Positions 28,443 through 41,759 of a DNA stretch of 64,000 bases are shown piece after piece (positions within the stretch are counted from its first letter, which is position 1; each line of letters starts with the position of its first letter). The stretch is taken from positions 2,108,001 through 2,172,000 of the forward strand of contig NC_043015.1 of assembly GCF_006345805.1 (NCBI RefSeq), written 5' to 3'. A program made the translations under genes and the position numbers. The DNA is from Octopus sinensis (taxonomy: Eukaryota). The notes below the pieces were generated by a model. The model had not been told where the DNA came from and did not search any database. It was given only the letters and a program-made list of their open reading frames with translations.

Positions 28443-28836
28443 ATTTCTACTTTTCGTACTAGGACAGAAATTTGTTTTTGCGGGGCAGTCGATTTGATCG
28501 ACATCAGTACGCAACTGGTACTGGATTCATCGACACAGAAAAGATGAAAGGCAAAATCGACCTCGGCGGAATTTGAACTCAGAACGTAAAGACAGACGAA
28601 AGACCTATTTCTTTACTATCCACAATGGGCTAAACACAGAGAGGACAAAGAAGGACAGACAAACGGATTAAGTCGATTGCATCGACACCAGTACGCAACT
28701 GGTACTTAATTCATCGACACAGAAAGGATGAAAGGCAAAGTCCACCTCGGCGGAATTTGAACTCAGAACATAAAGACAGATGAAATATCGTTAAGCATTT
28801 CGCTTGGCGAACAAATGTTTCTGCCAGCTCGCCGCC
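28443..28836 (-). mobile_element. SINE family A dimer
   Basis: CCTCGGCGGAATTTGAACTCAGAAC occurs twice ~184 bp apart; head CTGCCAGCTCGCCGCC at the right end. Confidence 0.85.
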
Positions 28837-30139
28837 TTGGCATAACAACAAACGATGTAGGAATCTATATTCTATAATCAACTATCAACGTGCAACGTTA
28901 CCATTCCAAAATAGTCAAACACTATATTCCCATCATTTTGGAAATGTACGTACGATGGACTGGATGTGGGGTTAGATGTTAAGCGCTTTAGTTATACTAA
29001 GGTGATAGAGAAATTGAGTTTGATTGGACGGAGAAGACTGGAGGAATAACCACCTATGTTTGCAAATAGAGGCAAATTCTCCAGACTAATAATGTTTGGA
29101 CTACAAAAAGGAAGCAACATAACATTGTAAACTAAAAATTTATATCATTACTGTTATGAGAGGATAAAAATGGCGGGGAGCTAGCAGAACCGTTAGCACA
29201 CCAGTAAAAATGCTTGGCAGAATGTCTTCCATCTTTACATCCAGTGTTCAAATTCTGCCAAGGTTAACTTCATATTTCATCCATTTGGAGTCGATGAAGT
29301 AACCGTTAAACACCAAATATTCCCCCAGATTTCAAAGTTTGTGTTTATGGTAGAAATATTAGCAGGGAGTAAAAAGGGATCATACTTGACGTACATAGGA
29401 AGAGCCAAAAAAAAAAAAAGAAAAAAAATCAGAAAGAAAAAATATCTTCCGTATATCACATCACGCGATTCGGCTAAACTGAGAATTATGGGCATTAAAA
29501 GCATCGTTAATTAATAACGAGAACCAAAGAAGTAATGAATGTAGTTATACAAAAAGCTGGATTATTGAAGAAATGTCAGTTAAATTATTCTAAAGCGTAG
29601 GAAGCAGGTGATCATTAATGACACATGACATATTCGGTGATACGGCCTCTTCAATATGCCAGAATATTTGAAATAAAATGAAAGGGCTTATTTTGATTTT
29701 CAAGCAGCGTCAGTAAAACGTGACCTTAACATAAGTTTCCACAGTTATAATATATTTACATAATATATATTAAGTGATATATATCAGGATGGGTGTATGT
29801 GGGTATTCTTTTGCCGGATTTACGAGAGGCTATATCTATTGCTTTCACAACCACTCTAACACAGTGGGGACTCTTACAAATTTGCACTTGGAGAAAAGAG
29901 ACGAGCTGCGAGAAAATTCAAGAGGTCGTTCTGTGGCCAAGGCACTAGGATTAGTGGTTAAAAATATTGGGAATCTATGAGCCAGGCAGAGCTGGTCTGA
30001 GTGTAGAGGGCATGACAGGTCCCATTGTCGAAGGGAGTTCATTACAATAACTGTTCAGACGATAGATGATAGGGAAAATGCGTATCAATGTGCCAGAGGC
30101 TGCAGGGTGTTTTGGAGGCACTTCATACCAAATACTTAC

Positions 30140-30311
30140 TAGTCATTCTCTGATAGAAGTCTGCTTCTGTCTGCAGCATCGTCTCAGGTGTGTGAGATTT
30201 ACTTCCAGTCTTAGCACTTGATGTCTTCGTACTTGTGGTCACAGTTATATTACCATTAACCTTCGTCCAGCGAAATTTTCTATATGGGTGACATTTTAAA
30301 TTTGGAATAAC
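30140..30311 (-). CDS. Candidate isolated 172-nt coding exon (unidentified)
   Basis: TTTCAG| acceptor and A|GTAAGT donor. The open frame VIPNLKCHPYRKFRWTKVNGNITVTTSTKTSSAKTGSKSHTPETMLQTEADFYQRMT is closed by stops just outside both splice sites. No family recognised; could be chance or a TE remnant. Confidence 0.25.
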
Positions 30312-30601
30312 CTGAAAGATCTAACTGATTGTATCTCGGGATTAAGTATTGCGTAATGCCATAATATTTATCTGTTGAATGAAGCACACTTCTCATCTCT
30401 CCATTAAAAGAGGCTTTTGATGTCTCTGTTCATGGACTCTAAACAGGTGTGATATGAAGCTCCTCCTTTGCACGTGGATGACACGTTGAATAGGGAATTT
30501 TGTAGTAAGTTGCATTTGCATATCAGTCAGTATATTGACAATAGTAGTAATCAGCACATAAGTGTTGTAGAAGGAAAATCCTAGAAGACGAAACATATAT
30601 T

Positions 30602-31620
30602 CTTTGTAGTCTAGACACAAAGCCCGAAATTTTAGGTGAGAGGGGCTAGTCAATTAGATCAACTCAAGTATGCAATTGGCGTTTAATTTAATTACTTCTA
30701 AAGGATAAAAGGCAAAGTCGACCCCTGCGGAATTTGAACTCACAGCATAAAGACAGACGAAATACCGCTAAGAATTTCGTCCAATGTACTAACATTTCTG
30801 CCAGCTACCCACCTTAACTGGTGTAAATATTCTTTTCTACTCTAGACATAAGGTCCGAAATTATTGGGGAGGGAGCCAGTCTATTAAGTCGACCCCAGTA
30901 TGCAACTGGAACATAATTTAAATACCTTGAAAGAATGAAAAGCAATGTCGACCTCGGCGGAAATTGAACTCCGAATATAAAGACACACGAAATACATATT
31001 TCATTACTACCAACAAGGCGCTAAGCACAGAGAGGTCAAACATAGAAAGACAAACGGATTAAGTCGATTATATCGACACCAGTGCGTAACTGGTATTTAA
31101 TTTATCAACCCCGAAAGAATGAAAGGCAAAGTCGATCTCGGCGGAATTTGAACTCAGAACGTAGCATTCGCCCGGTGTGCTAAATTTTCCTGTTTATTTA
31201 CTGCCCACAAGCGGCTACACACAGAGGGGACAAACAAAGACCGACAAACGGATTATGTCGATTACATCGTTCCTATTACGCAACTGGTACTTAATTCGAC
31301 CCGGAAAGCATAAAAGGCAAAGGCGACCTCATCGGAATATCAACTCAGAATGTAGCGGCAGACGAAACACCTATTTTTTTACTACCCACAAGGGGCTAAA
31401 CACAGAGAGGGCAATCAAGGACAGACAAACGGATTAGGTCGATTATGCCGACCCCAATGCGTAACTGGTACTTATTTAATCGATCCCGAAAGTATGAAAT
31501 GCAAAATCGACCTCGGCGGAATTTGAACTCAGAACGTAGAGGTAGACGAAATACTTATTTCTTTACTACCCACAAGGGGCTAAACACAGAGAGAACAAAC
31601 AAGGACAGACAAACCAATAA
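30602..31620 (-). mobile_element. Cluster of family A SINEs and tandem units (~5 units)
   Basis: Repeated GCGGAATTTGAACTC (B-box reverse complement) at ~30730, 30960, 31142, 31335 and 31517. Confidence 0.85.
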
Positions 31621-32792
31621 ATCATGATTGGTAGCGTAACTTTGAGAAGTGCATCGCTATTTTTGTCACTTGAAGAATAACAGATATTTGACGATAGTTA
31701 TTTTACTTTCCCAGATATTTGAAAACATCATGTTGAATGAAGATTATAAAGCAGAAACTCATCCCACCGAAATCGAACCAGCTATATATGGCATTTTGAA
31801 TAACGATAATAGTCATTAACTCTCATACATATTCATGTCTCTTTATATGCGAGATTAAATACAATTCCATATGCTTATTCGTATAAACACACACATACAT
31901 ATATACAGGTATACATACATATATGCGAGCGGAATATGTGTATTTGCGAACATTTATATCAGCTTATGTATACATATTTAAATACACACGGACCAGGTCG
32001 TCCATAAAATTATATTGGAGTTAATTTCCGTCAACATGCCCTCATTGAATTATTAACTTTCCATTTGTCTAAATCCCACGTATTTCTGAATTCTTCTTAA
32101 TCTCTTAAGTACCTCAATCAGCAAGAATATTTCATTAAATTTATTGCTAGAAAATTAATCTATGAGCAGATGTTTCTCTTTCTGAATGATTAGCTGAATT
32201 TAGTATATTATTTGATAATTAATTTATTTATAAATTACCATTTCATTTCAAATTTAATTTCAATTTAATTACGAAATGAGATTTGAGAGAAGAATTTCCA
32301 CACGGGATCATTAAAAATATCGAGATTTTCCTGAATATTATTAAGATGCAGTTACTAGCAACGTGCTTATTCTAATTCTTATCTCAATGTTTCGTTCACC
32401 GTTCACATTTAGAATGAATCAGCTCGCATTTAAATTTTAATTGTACAAGAAGGAATTGGTAAAATATTTTATCGCTGGACGCAACATATTGGGAATTGTT
32501 CCTCTTCTTCAGATCCTAAATTACAAACCCGTTGACGTTTTTCTTGACATTTATCCGTGAGGGATCGACAAAATAAAGTCCTGCTTGGGTAATAATGATT
32601 GACTTAAACGAATTTCAGGCCGTGTTAAAATGTAATGAGAAAGCTAGCAGTAGTAGAGTGGAGACCAAATCACAACGCGTAATACGTACAGACGTTCCTT
32701 CTTTCGCTCCCATAGCAGAAGGTAATGGAAAATGGAGAGAAAATTCTGAAATTTTAACAAGCAAAAGAATACTTAATAGCGTAAGAAACCAA

Positions 32793-33026
32793 GGTGGTGA
32801 GATGGCAGAAAAGTTTGCGTGCCGGGCGAAATGCTTAGCGATATTTCGTCCGCCTTTGCGTTCTGAGTTCAAATTCCGCCGAGGTCGACTTTGCCTTTCA
32901 GCCATCCGGGATCGATAAAATAAGTACCGGTTACACACTGGTGTCGATATAAATAACTTAGTCTCTTTTACTGTCCTTGTTTGTCCCCTCTATGTTTAGC
33001 CCCTTGCGGGCAATAAAGAAATAAAA
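32793..33026 (+). mobile_element. SINE family A
   Basis: GGCGAAATGCTTAGCGATATTTCGTCCGCC...GAGTTCAAATTCCGCCGAGG...AATAAAGAAATAA. Confidence 0.85.
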
Positions 33027-34159
33027 ATGATCAAGACAACATCGTAAAGAAAATGAAACTAAATATGGCGTAGCATTTAGTGTCGTCGTTTTTGCGGAAA
33101 CTCATCATTGCTCAAGGTGGTGCTCCAGCATGGCAGCAGTCTAATGGCTGAAAAAGTTAACATAATAAAAAAGAATTACTGGAAATTAGTGAATTATCTA
33201 TCTATCTATAAATAAATACGTACACAAACATGCACTATAAGCGGGTAGGAAACGCTCATAAAATAACAGTTACATTTAGGTTCGTTAGTACTTTTGTATC
33301 ATAATAAAATTATTGTAAAGTACATGAAATAATACATAATACACATAATACATAATACATCGTTATCTGAAGTGGAATTTAATATGCTTTTGAGAGTGGA
33401 TACATATAATTATAGGAATATTCGTCCAGTAATCTGAGTGTCGCCATTAGCTGTTTCATGCTGTTAATAAATATTTGCAAGTCCGAGACAGTTGATATTC
33501 GATAAACAGGCACACACACAAACACACACATGCATACATATTTGTGTTTGAATGGAGAAAGAGAGGAAGAGTGAGATGGGAACGTGGGAGAAGGAGAGAC
33601 ACAATAATAGAGAAAGAAACAGCGTTATACATACATGCAAAGATCCAGACATTTATACGTATTTATGAATGTGTAACGTTTTGTTTCAAATACAACGGCA
33701 ATTCGTTATTAAACTTTTCAAAATACATACAGTAGCGGATTTTTCGGGTGATATGAAGAAGAGTGGTATAGTATTCAGTGATTGTAAATAATTCGGATTC
33801 GTATTGTTTACTGTAAGCTGTTTATTCCTATTGGATATTTTCAACAGCATATTGAGTCGGATATTCAACGCATTGACATATGGAGTATAATTAATTTTTG
33901 TTGATTTCGTAGAATTAAAATGTTATTGATCATTTACCAGACAGCCGCTTCAGATTAAAATATACATGGATTTAGCAGGAAGTTAACATACATGAATATA
34001 CATACAGCATATTTCCGATGTCAGCTAGGAAGGGGAGAAATATGGATCATGTTAGCATTTTAGTCTCCATAATGTTAAGTTTATTTCTTTTACATCACAA
34101 GCTGCTCTGGAACATGTAAAGGTACGTAGACATCATATAGAGAATACAACTGCAATCCC

Positions 34160-34340
34160 CTGGGCGCAATGACCCAGTGGTTAGGGCAGCAGACTCGCGG
34201 TCGTAAGAACGCGGTTTCGATTCCTAGACCGGGCAGTGTGAGTGTTTATTAAACTCGACGAGGCTCCCGCGGGTGGTAGTGGTGAACCACGCTGTAGTCT
34301 TTCATCACAACTTTCTCTCACTCTTTCTTCCTACTTCTGC
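34160..34340 (+). mobile_element. SINE family C, 5' half
   Basis: GGGCGCAATGACCCAGTGGTTAGGGCAGCAGACTCGCGGTCG...GGTTTCGATTCC. Confidence 0.8.
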
Positions 34341-35175
34341 CACAAAGCAGAAGAGCTAGGGCGTAACCACACTATGGTGTGGTAAACTTTCAGACCCTAG
34401 TCTAGATTGCGAATCCTTTGTACTCTAGGATGGCTCAGCTCTCTACTCGTTAAAAGCCACCGTTTACGAAATGAGTATAACAGCGTAGATATCGCGCCCG
34501 TGCAACCGCCAGTCTATCCCGTGTAGTGGATGGATCTTCAAGTCGCCACACGCATTCTCAGTAGCTTAGAGTAGGCTCGAATTAGAGATTATTATTTGTG
34601 GATAATGGCGTGAGTCCTGATAGGAAGAAGGAACAGACAACAGCAGCTAACGTAAGGCAACTAGATATCATTTCAAGCCATTCCCTGCTTTTCAATGAAA
34701 GGGTTTCATACAAGGATTACACATCGTCGAGTCAAGCGGAACTCACAAATACTGATTTCATGGACTCCCTTTCTCAGAATAAGCAATACTTGTTACTGCA
34801 GGTCCGGAGACTGAAAATATCATCCCTCGTTGTTCCGTATATTCTAGAATCATTATAGACAAACATTGACTAAAAAAATATAAACGAAAATATTCCCGAC
34901 ACTGTACCATCCTAGATTTTGCCAATGGCATTGTTGTCCCTATAAGAAGATTGCAAAAGTCTATCGTAGTGACGCTAGAGTAAATAGTGTGCTCTGAATT
35001 TTAACAATAACAGTCACACAAGTTTCAGTTGATGCTTAATTGCATCAGAATTTCTAAGGAAAAAATGTCAGATCAGATCAGTTGTAAACATATCAGTAAA
35101 ATCTCGTGACAGAAAATGTTCTTCAGCAAACGCAAAACATCTTTAAATCTACGCATAATATAATCATATATATAT

Positions 35176-35217
<42 letters not shown>

Positions 35218-35222
35218 ATTTT

Positions 35223-35732
35223 TGGTGGACGAGTGACCTGTTGGGGTCACTCCTAAATCGTTATATTTATATATTTAGTCGATGACTATTTTCTCTTTTT
35301 CACCAGGCCGCTGGTTGCGATAAATTTCTATTGAATTTTTTGCTACCCTAAATTGACTAATTGATAATTTTCTGAATAATTCTGAGATTGAATCGGCAGT
35401 TTATATTTACTGTTGATAAGTTTGGCGCGAATACGTCAGTCTTGAAAATTTTAAGTCAGATATCCCGTAGGCTTCGATACAGACGCCTCGTGTATATTTG
35501 TCTCTCCAGGTCTTTACTGATGAAGTGTAACCTATGGTAGATTGGCTTAATTTAATTTAATTAAGCTAATTTAATCATTAATGACACAGAAACGTTGCAA
35601 CGTCTAAAAGATGAATTAGGGTAAATGTTTTTAAATTTTCACCTAATTTCTGAATTAATAATACTTGGCGGTGTGAGTTATGGCTGCTCTTTCTGGTGGA
35701 CGAGTGACCTGTTGGGGTCACTCCTAAATCGT

Positions 35733-35737
<5 letters not shown>
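35223..35737 (+). mobile_element. Terminally redundant 471-bp non-coding unit with hammerhead ribozyme (retrozyme-like), in (TA)n
   Basis: 44-bp direct repeat TGGTGGACGAGTGACCTGTTGGGGTCACTCCTAAATCGTTATAT at 35223-35266 and 35694-35737, with (TA)n on both flanks. The plus-strand frames I translated have frequent stops. Confidence 0.65.
35513..35608 (+). ncRNA. Type I hammerhead ribozyme with palindromic stem III
   Basis: UUUA(35513-16)-CUGAUGA(35517-23)-A-GUGU...55-nt loop...ACAC-A-GAAAC(35589-93)-GUUGCAAC-GUC(35602-04)-UAAA. ACGUUGCAACGU is a perfect palindrome. Predicted cut after C35604. A.A mismatch at the base of stem II. Confidence 0.75.
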
Positions 35738-35760
<23 letters not shown>

Positions 35761-35766
<6 letters not shown>

Positions 35767-36899
35767 TATATGTATTAAAAAATAAAATAAACATATGCAT
35801 TTATATAAACATATGTGTACGTACCTACCTCTAAATGTACATATACACGCATATATGAGTACAGGACACCAAAAAGTCGTCGAACACAATGAGAAACGAA
35901 AACAAAGACACAAACCAAGGAACTGGATATGTTCTTAAACAACAAAAAAATAGTCTACAGGACAATTAACACAAAGAAAAAAAACCCTTCTTCAGTCGCT
36001 ATTGTTTCATCTACTCTACGTTTCGAAGGTGAAAGCGAGACGTATCTTCGACAAGAAACTTTCCTTCCTGCGAAAAAAAAAAATATATATATATATTCCT
36101 TTTCTTTTCTTTTATTTCTTTCATTTATTTCACTGCGGCAATGCTGGGGCACCTATGTTAGTCGAACAAATCAACCCCACGAATTGTTCTTTGTAAGCTT
36201 AGTACATATTCTATCGACACGTTTTGCGGAACCGCTAAGTTACGATGACATGAACGCACCAGCATCGGTTGTCAAGCGATGTTGGGGTGACAAACGCAGA
36301 CGTGCAAACATGTACATATACATACATATACATATATATATATATGTATTAAAAAATAAAATAAACATATGCATTTATATAAACATATGTGTACGTACCT
36401 ACCTCTAAATGTACATATACACGCATATATGAGTACAGGACACCAAAAAGTCGTCGAACACAATGAGAAACGAAAACAAAGACACAAACCAAGGAACTGG
36501 ATATGTTCTTAAACAACAAAAAAATAGTCTACAGGACAATTAACACAAAGAAAAAAAAACCTTCTTCAGTCGCTATTGTTTCATCTACTCTACGTTTCGA
36601 AGGTGAAAGCGAGACGTATCTTCGACAAGAAACTTTCCTTCCTGCGAAAAAAAAATATATATATATATATTCCTTTTCTTTTCTTTTATTTCTTTCATTT
36701 ATTTCACTGCGGCAATGCTGGGGCACCTATGTTAGTCGAACAAATCAACCCCACGAATTGTTCTTTGTAAGCTTAGTACATATTCTATCGACACGTTTTG
36801 CGGAACCGCTAAGTTACGATGACATGAACGCACCAGCATCGGTTGTCAAGCGATGTTGGGGTGACAAACGCAGACGTGCAAACATGTACATATACATAC

Positions 36900-36910
<11 letters not shown>
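35761..36910. repeat. Tandem duplication, period 574 bp
   Basis: GTATTAAAAAATAAAATAAACATATGC at 35772 and 36346. Copies differ only in A-run and TA-run length; breakpoints lie in TA tracts. Confidence 0.9.
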
Positions 36911-36934
<24 letters not shown>

Positions 36935-37080
36935 CGACTGCCCTCTTTCAGTTTCCATCTACTAAATGCACTCACAAGGCTTTGGTCCGTCCGTGGCTAT
37001 AGTTGAAGACACTTGCCCACGGTACCACGCAATGGGACTGAACCCGGAAACATGTGGTTAGTAAGCATGCTACTTACCTC
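36690..37080 (-). mobile_element. SINE family B (its 3' half is also duplicated at ~36110-36310)
   Basis: GGGACTGAACCCGGAAACATGTGGTTAGTAAGC head; GCTTAGTAC..ATTCTATCG body. Confidence 0.8.
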
Positions 37081-37899
37081 ACTTTATGAGATGCTTTCAC
37101 ATTAATATCTAAATAGAAAATCGGTTTTCCTTTTTGATGTCTCTTGGAAACCAAAAAGAAATTTGGTCTAATCCGATCCCGTTCATATAGTTATGTTTCA
37201 TTCTTTTGTAAAACTGCCATATAGCTGTCATCGAACAACGCATCCTCTGTATTTCTTTGCTTTCACAACTCTATTTTCAAATGTAGAGCGGTGGTGCCTT
37301 ATGTAACTGTCTCTCTTTTGTAGCTGACAAATATTTTGCCATGACTTGAAATTTCTTTGATAGAAACGTCGAAAATGCCTTTAATACTATTAGAATAATA
37401 TGTTACAATATTAATTTATAGCCTTCCACACACGTTTCCTAATAACTTCATTTCCTATTTATTTCTTTTCCGCCGTCTTTTGTTTCTTTTTTGATTCATC
37501 ATTAACTCTATTCACTGTGCTTATCTCAGAAGCTACCCACATTTCCCTGTCAAATATACTTCGTGCTTTTTCTTTTCTGTTTCATATACATATGCCCTCC
37601 TGCAGCACTACTCATTACAATCATCTGTTCTATTTTGTGAACTTAGTAAATATTACTAATCAGTTAAGTCAAATGTTTATTTGCCCCACAGAATCGTCCC
37701 TTTTCATAATTTAAAATATGAAAGCAAAGTTCTCAAGCAGTGTACAAAGTACCCACACATAAGAAAGATTCATGAATAGGACATAGAAATTTATATACCT
37801 AAAAAAAGAGAGAGAAAGATTGAGAGAGTTGGAAGGAGGGAAGGTGGGAGGGAGTTAGAACTGATGGACTCTCCCGTCAAAGATGGCGTATGAGCGTGG

Positions 37900-38130
37900 A
37901 GCTTTTGTCGAACGACCTACACAAATGATCAAATGTTGTTGCCGCTCATTAGCTTACTCTGTACATTAAATCGCCGTGCTATGTACCACGCGTCAGGCGT
38001 CGAAGTGACTGCAGCGAAAAGTAAGATGAAGCGATTTGATCGAGAGCACAACGCACCACCTGATCGAGGAATTGAAACTAGAACATCGTGGTCATGAATG
38101 CAATTCCCTAACCAGTAAGCCATACGCCCT
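37900..38130 (-). mobile_element. Old tRNA-headed SINE (a further family)
   Basis: Minus strand GGCGTATGGCTTACTGGTTAGGG...GTTTCAATTCCTCG A/B boxes; body unrelated to families A-C. Confidence 0.55.
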
Positions 38131-38672
38131 CACATACAGACGCACATACACGCCACTATAATTTTTATTTTGAGGATTCATGAGAATCAAGGTAAACACC
38201 AATTCGTAGTACGTCAGAACTAGCTTGGTGCGATAACTTCAAGCACAGAGCGAAATGATCAGCATGAAAAGCAACAGGTGATGGTAAAATACCTTAGATA
38301 GAAAAGCACAAAATCGAATTTAAAATAAAGTTCCGTCTAAGAGGTTAGGCGTAGGTAAAAGAATAAACGTAAATGGTGTTTAAAATACACGAGAGCTCCT
38401 TCGGTAGAACGTTATTCCAGGAGCGCCGTCATTTAAGATTACATCAAAATATCAATGTACCATAGTCGATCGAAATTTCAAGGATGAAAGATTTTCAATA
38501 TGTAAGATTTTAAACATCGGCAAGGATATACCCAAATAAAGTTGGTATGTTCAAGTCTATTTTTAAAATCTTACCTTTATTAATATTGAATTAAGTATTT
38601 TGAATTATAAGAGGCGATTTAATCTTTTATCACTGTCTTCAATAAATAAATCTTAAGGCTATATGTGTTTAT

Positions 38673-38737
<65 letters not shown>

Positions 38738-38895
38738 GCATGGTTGTTTCCCAAGGACAGGATTCCGGGGTGGGGATCAGTCCTACGGCATGAGACCTTG
38801 GGAAACTACCTTCTACAGTAGCTTTGAGCCAACTAGAGTCGTGGAAATGGATTTGGAGCGGAAAACGTAAAGAAGCTCATCGTATGTGTGTGTGT

Positions 38896-38936
<41 letters not shown>

Positions 38937-39458
38937 GTGTTGGGGAACGCTCGTGCGCGTGTTGTTATTGAGTCGGATAATATAACCCTGGTGTTTACCC
39001 AATGAGGCGCTTTTACAGATATCATGTACCGCTTGAAGTATCTGAAAATACATTAATAGACAGAGATCATCTATAAACGTGAAACACCAAGGAATGGATT
39101 TTCGAAAAATATGTTAAATCTTCATTCCCAACAGTTTCCTCATCACTCAATGTGATCAACCATGAGTTGTACTGTTACGATTCACATGACAATTGATTAA
39201 TTTCCACGCGCTAAGTAATTTTAGAAAATATGTTGAGAATGATTTTTCTAAATTCCAAGTATACCACATTTATGGCATTCTGAGGTATCATTCTCAACAT
39301 GTGTTATAAAACAAATGATATCCAACAGCCGAAAATTAATCAATAGTTGCTGGAATGGTTGCAAAATTGTGCAAGATTGATCGTATTCAATAACTATGAA
39401 ACGATTGTAATAAGAATGTTAAAAATATTTCCTAACTCCATCCTTTGATATCTACCAT

Positions 39459-39500
<42 letters not shown>

Positions 39501-39942
39501 TACAAATACACACGCATACTCACACACACACACACACACATACACATATATATATATATATATATACATATATATGGGTACAGGTCACCACCAAAAATGA
39601 ATGATGTGAAATGCGAAATCAAATTATTTGAATACCTAAACAACGAGAGAAACAAATTGAAAACAGGACAGGTCACATAGGGTACGACCAGTATTCAGTT
39701 GTCGGCTGTCTATCTACTACTCATTTGCAGCATTCAACGACGATATGAGTCTTCAAAGAGAGTCGCCCATGAGTATCAAAATAAAATTTGGGATTTATGG
39801 AGTGTCAAAGCTGGGAAAAAAACAGAACAGTGGAGACATACAGGGAAACCAAACGAAAATAAGCATGGAATGTCGTTAGGCCTGAAAGAGTGTAGAATAG
39901 CGATCGCTTGAGATATGTTTTAATTGGCAAGAGAAAAGAGTG

Positions 39943-39990
<48 letters not shown>

Positions 39991-40192
39991 TTGTGTGTTG
40001 TGTGTGTGTGTTCAAACTGTCCTTTTTCCTTATATTATTAAGATTCTCCTATATTGAGTGAATTAAAAAATCTATAACGTCTACTAGAACTTCATAATCC
40101 TAACACAAATTAAGGAATTCCAAAATAGAGCTAAACTGCTGTACGCTTGGATAAATTACCAACATGTAAAAGAACATTTTTCCATTTGAAAC

Positions 40193-40252
<60 letters not shown>

Positions 40253-41385
40253 ATATATACATACACGCCCGCACACATACGCAAGGGGCTGGTTAGAGGT
40301 TCAATATTCCGAGTTCTTTTTCAGGGCTTAGAAAATCTCGAGGACCTCTGCAATAAGCGTTTAAAGCTGATAAGGGAATATGCTGAATGAAAAAAGGATT
40401 AACTGATTCTCCTATATAAGCTTTTCCCCAAAGCCAGGAACTTTTAGGCACACACATGTTATGCAATCAGTGCTCAAATATCTAAACCAAAATCACCTAA
40501 GAATTCAAATATACTGATAGTGCGGGTTTAGAATCTCACTACAAGCATGATCAACATCAAGCGGGTATAGATGTAGAAAGACGGATTAACGAGACTAACG
40601 ATAGATTCATGCGAAAAATACCACACACGAGATTACTTGGTGTTTTACATCATGCAACATGTATTTGGAAATTTTCATATAAATTCATTCATTTCCACGT
40701 AAAATTATCATCTATCTCTAGGGTTCCCACTTCAAATTGCATATATGTATATAGCCGTGTGTGTATATGTGCGTGCGTGCGTGTGCATGTGTACAAGGAG
40801 ATTTTATGTTTAGACTTATGAAATAAAGTAAATTTAATTCTAAGTTCTCGATATTTTCAGTAGCAAGAGGAATTCATATCTTCATTAAATTTAAGACACT
40901 TGACTCTGGTAGTAAGATTGATAGTAAAGCTGCTAAAGGAAACGGAATAAACCGTCGAAGTATGAGCAAGTGATGGTAAACGAAAGTGAAAGCGAGATAT
41001 CAGGAAGATGTCAAAGGTCAAAGATTAAGAAGAGTCAAAGCTTGAATGCATAAAACGAAAATACAAATAGAACCGTAGATAGATTTATAGTATAGTCGTA
41101 AATAAATATCTAGAATTATGACAGGCTTATAAATTGGAGTAACTATGGAACTCCTAAGAAATAAAACTGACAGCTGTGAAAGGAAAGGCATCGGGATATT
41201 ACGATAACATAAACCAGAAACGGGAACGTATATTATGGTCAGGTACGAAGTGTATGTGTGTTAGAGGCCATTTTTGTGTCTATAGGTATGTATAGTTAAT
41301 ACGGTATATATATAGAGAGAGGTGTTCAAGAACAATTATATAGACATAGTGATTAGAACATAGCGTGTGTATGTGTATGTATCTG

Positions 41386-41471
<86 letters not shown>

Positions 41472-41720
41472 TGTATACAGTACAGAAAAAGTTATATAGA
41501 TATAGCGATAAAGAAATAGGATATATATATATATATCTATATACATATATTATATATAATATATATATATATAATATATATATGTATATATGCATATATA
41601 TATATATATACATACATATGTATATATATATACATATGTACATATATATAAATATAAATATATATAATATATATATATAAATAATATATATATATACATA
41701 TGTATGTATATATATACATG

Positions 41721-41752
<32 letters not shown>

Positions 41753-41759
41753 CATATAT

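Noticed and set aside
34340-34590. GC-rich stretch with CTATCCCGTGTAG resembling an HDV-like ribozyme P3/L3
   Set aside because: L3 does not fit UYCNCGY and I could not build P1/P2.
41005-41025. ATGTCA-A-AGGTCA, a DR1-like nuclear receptor site
   Set aside because: A single short motif is expected by chance in 64 kb.
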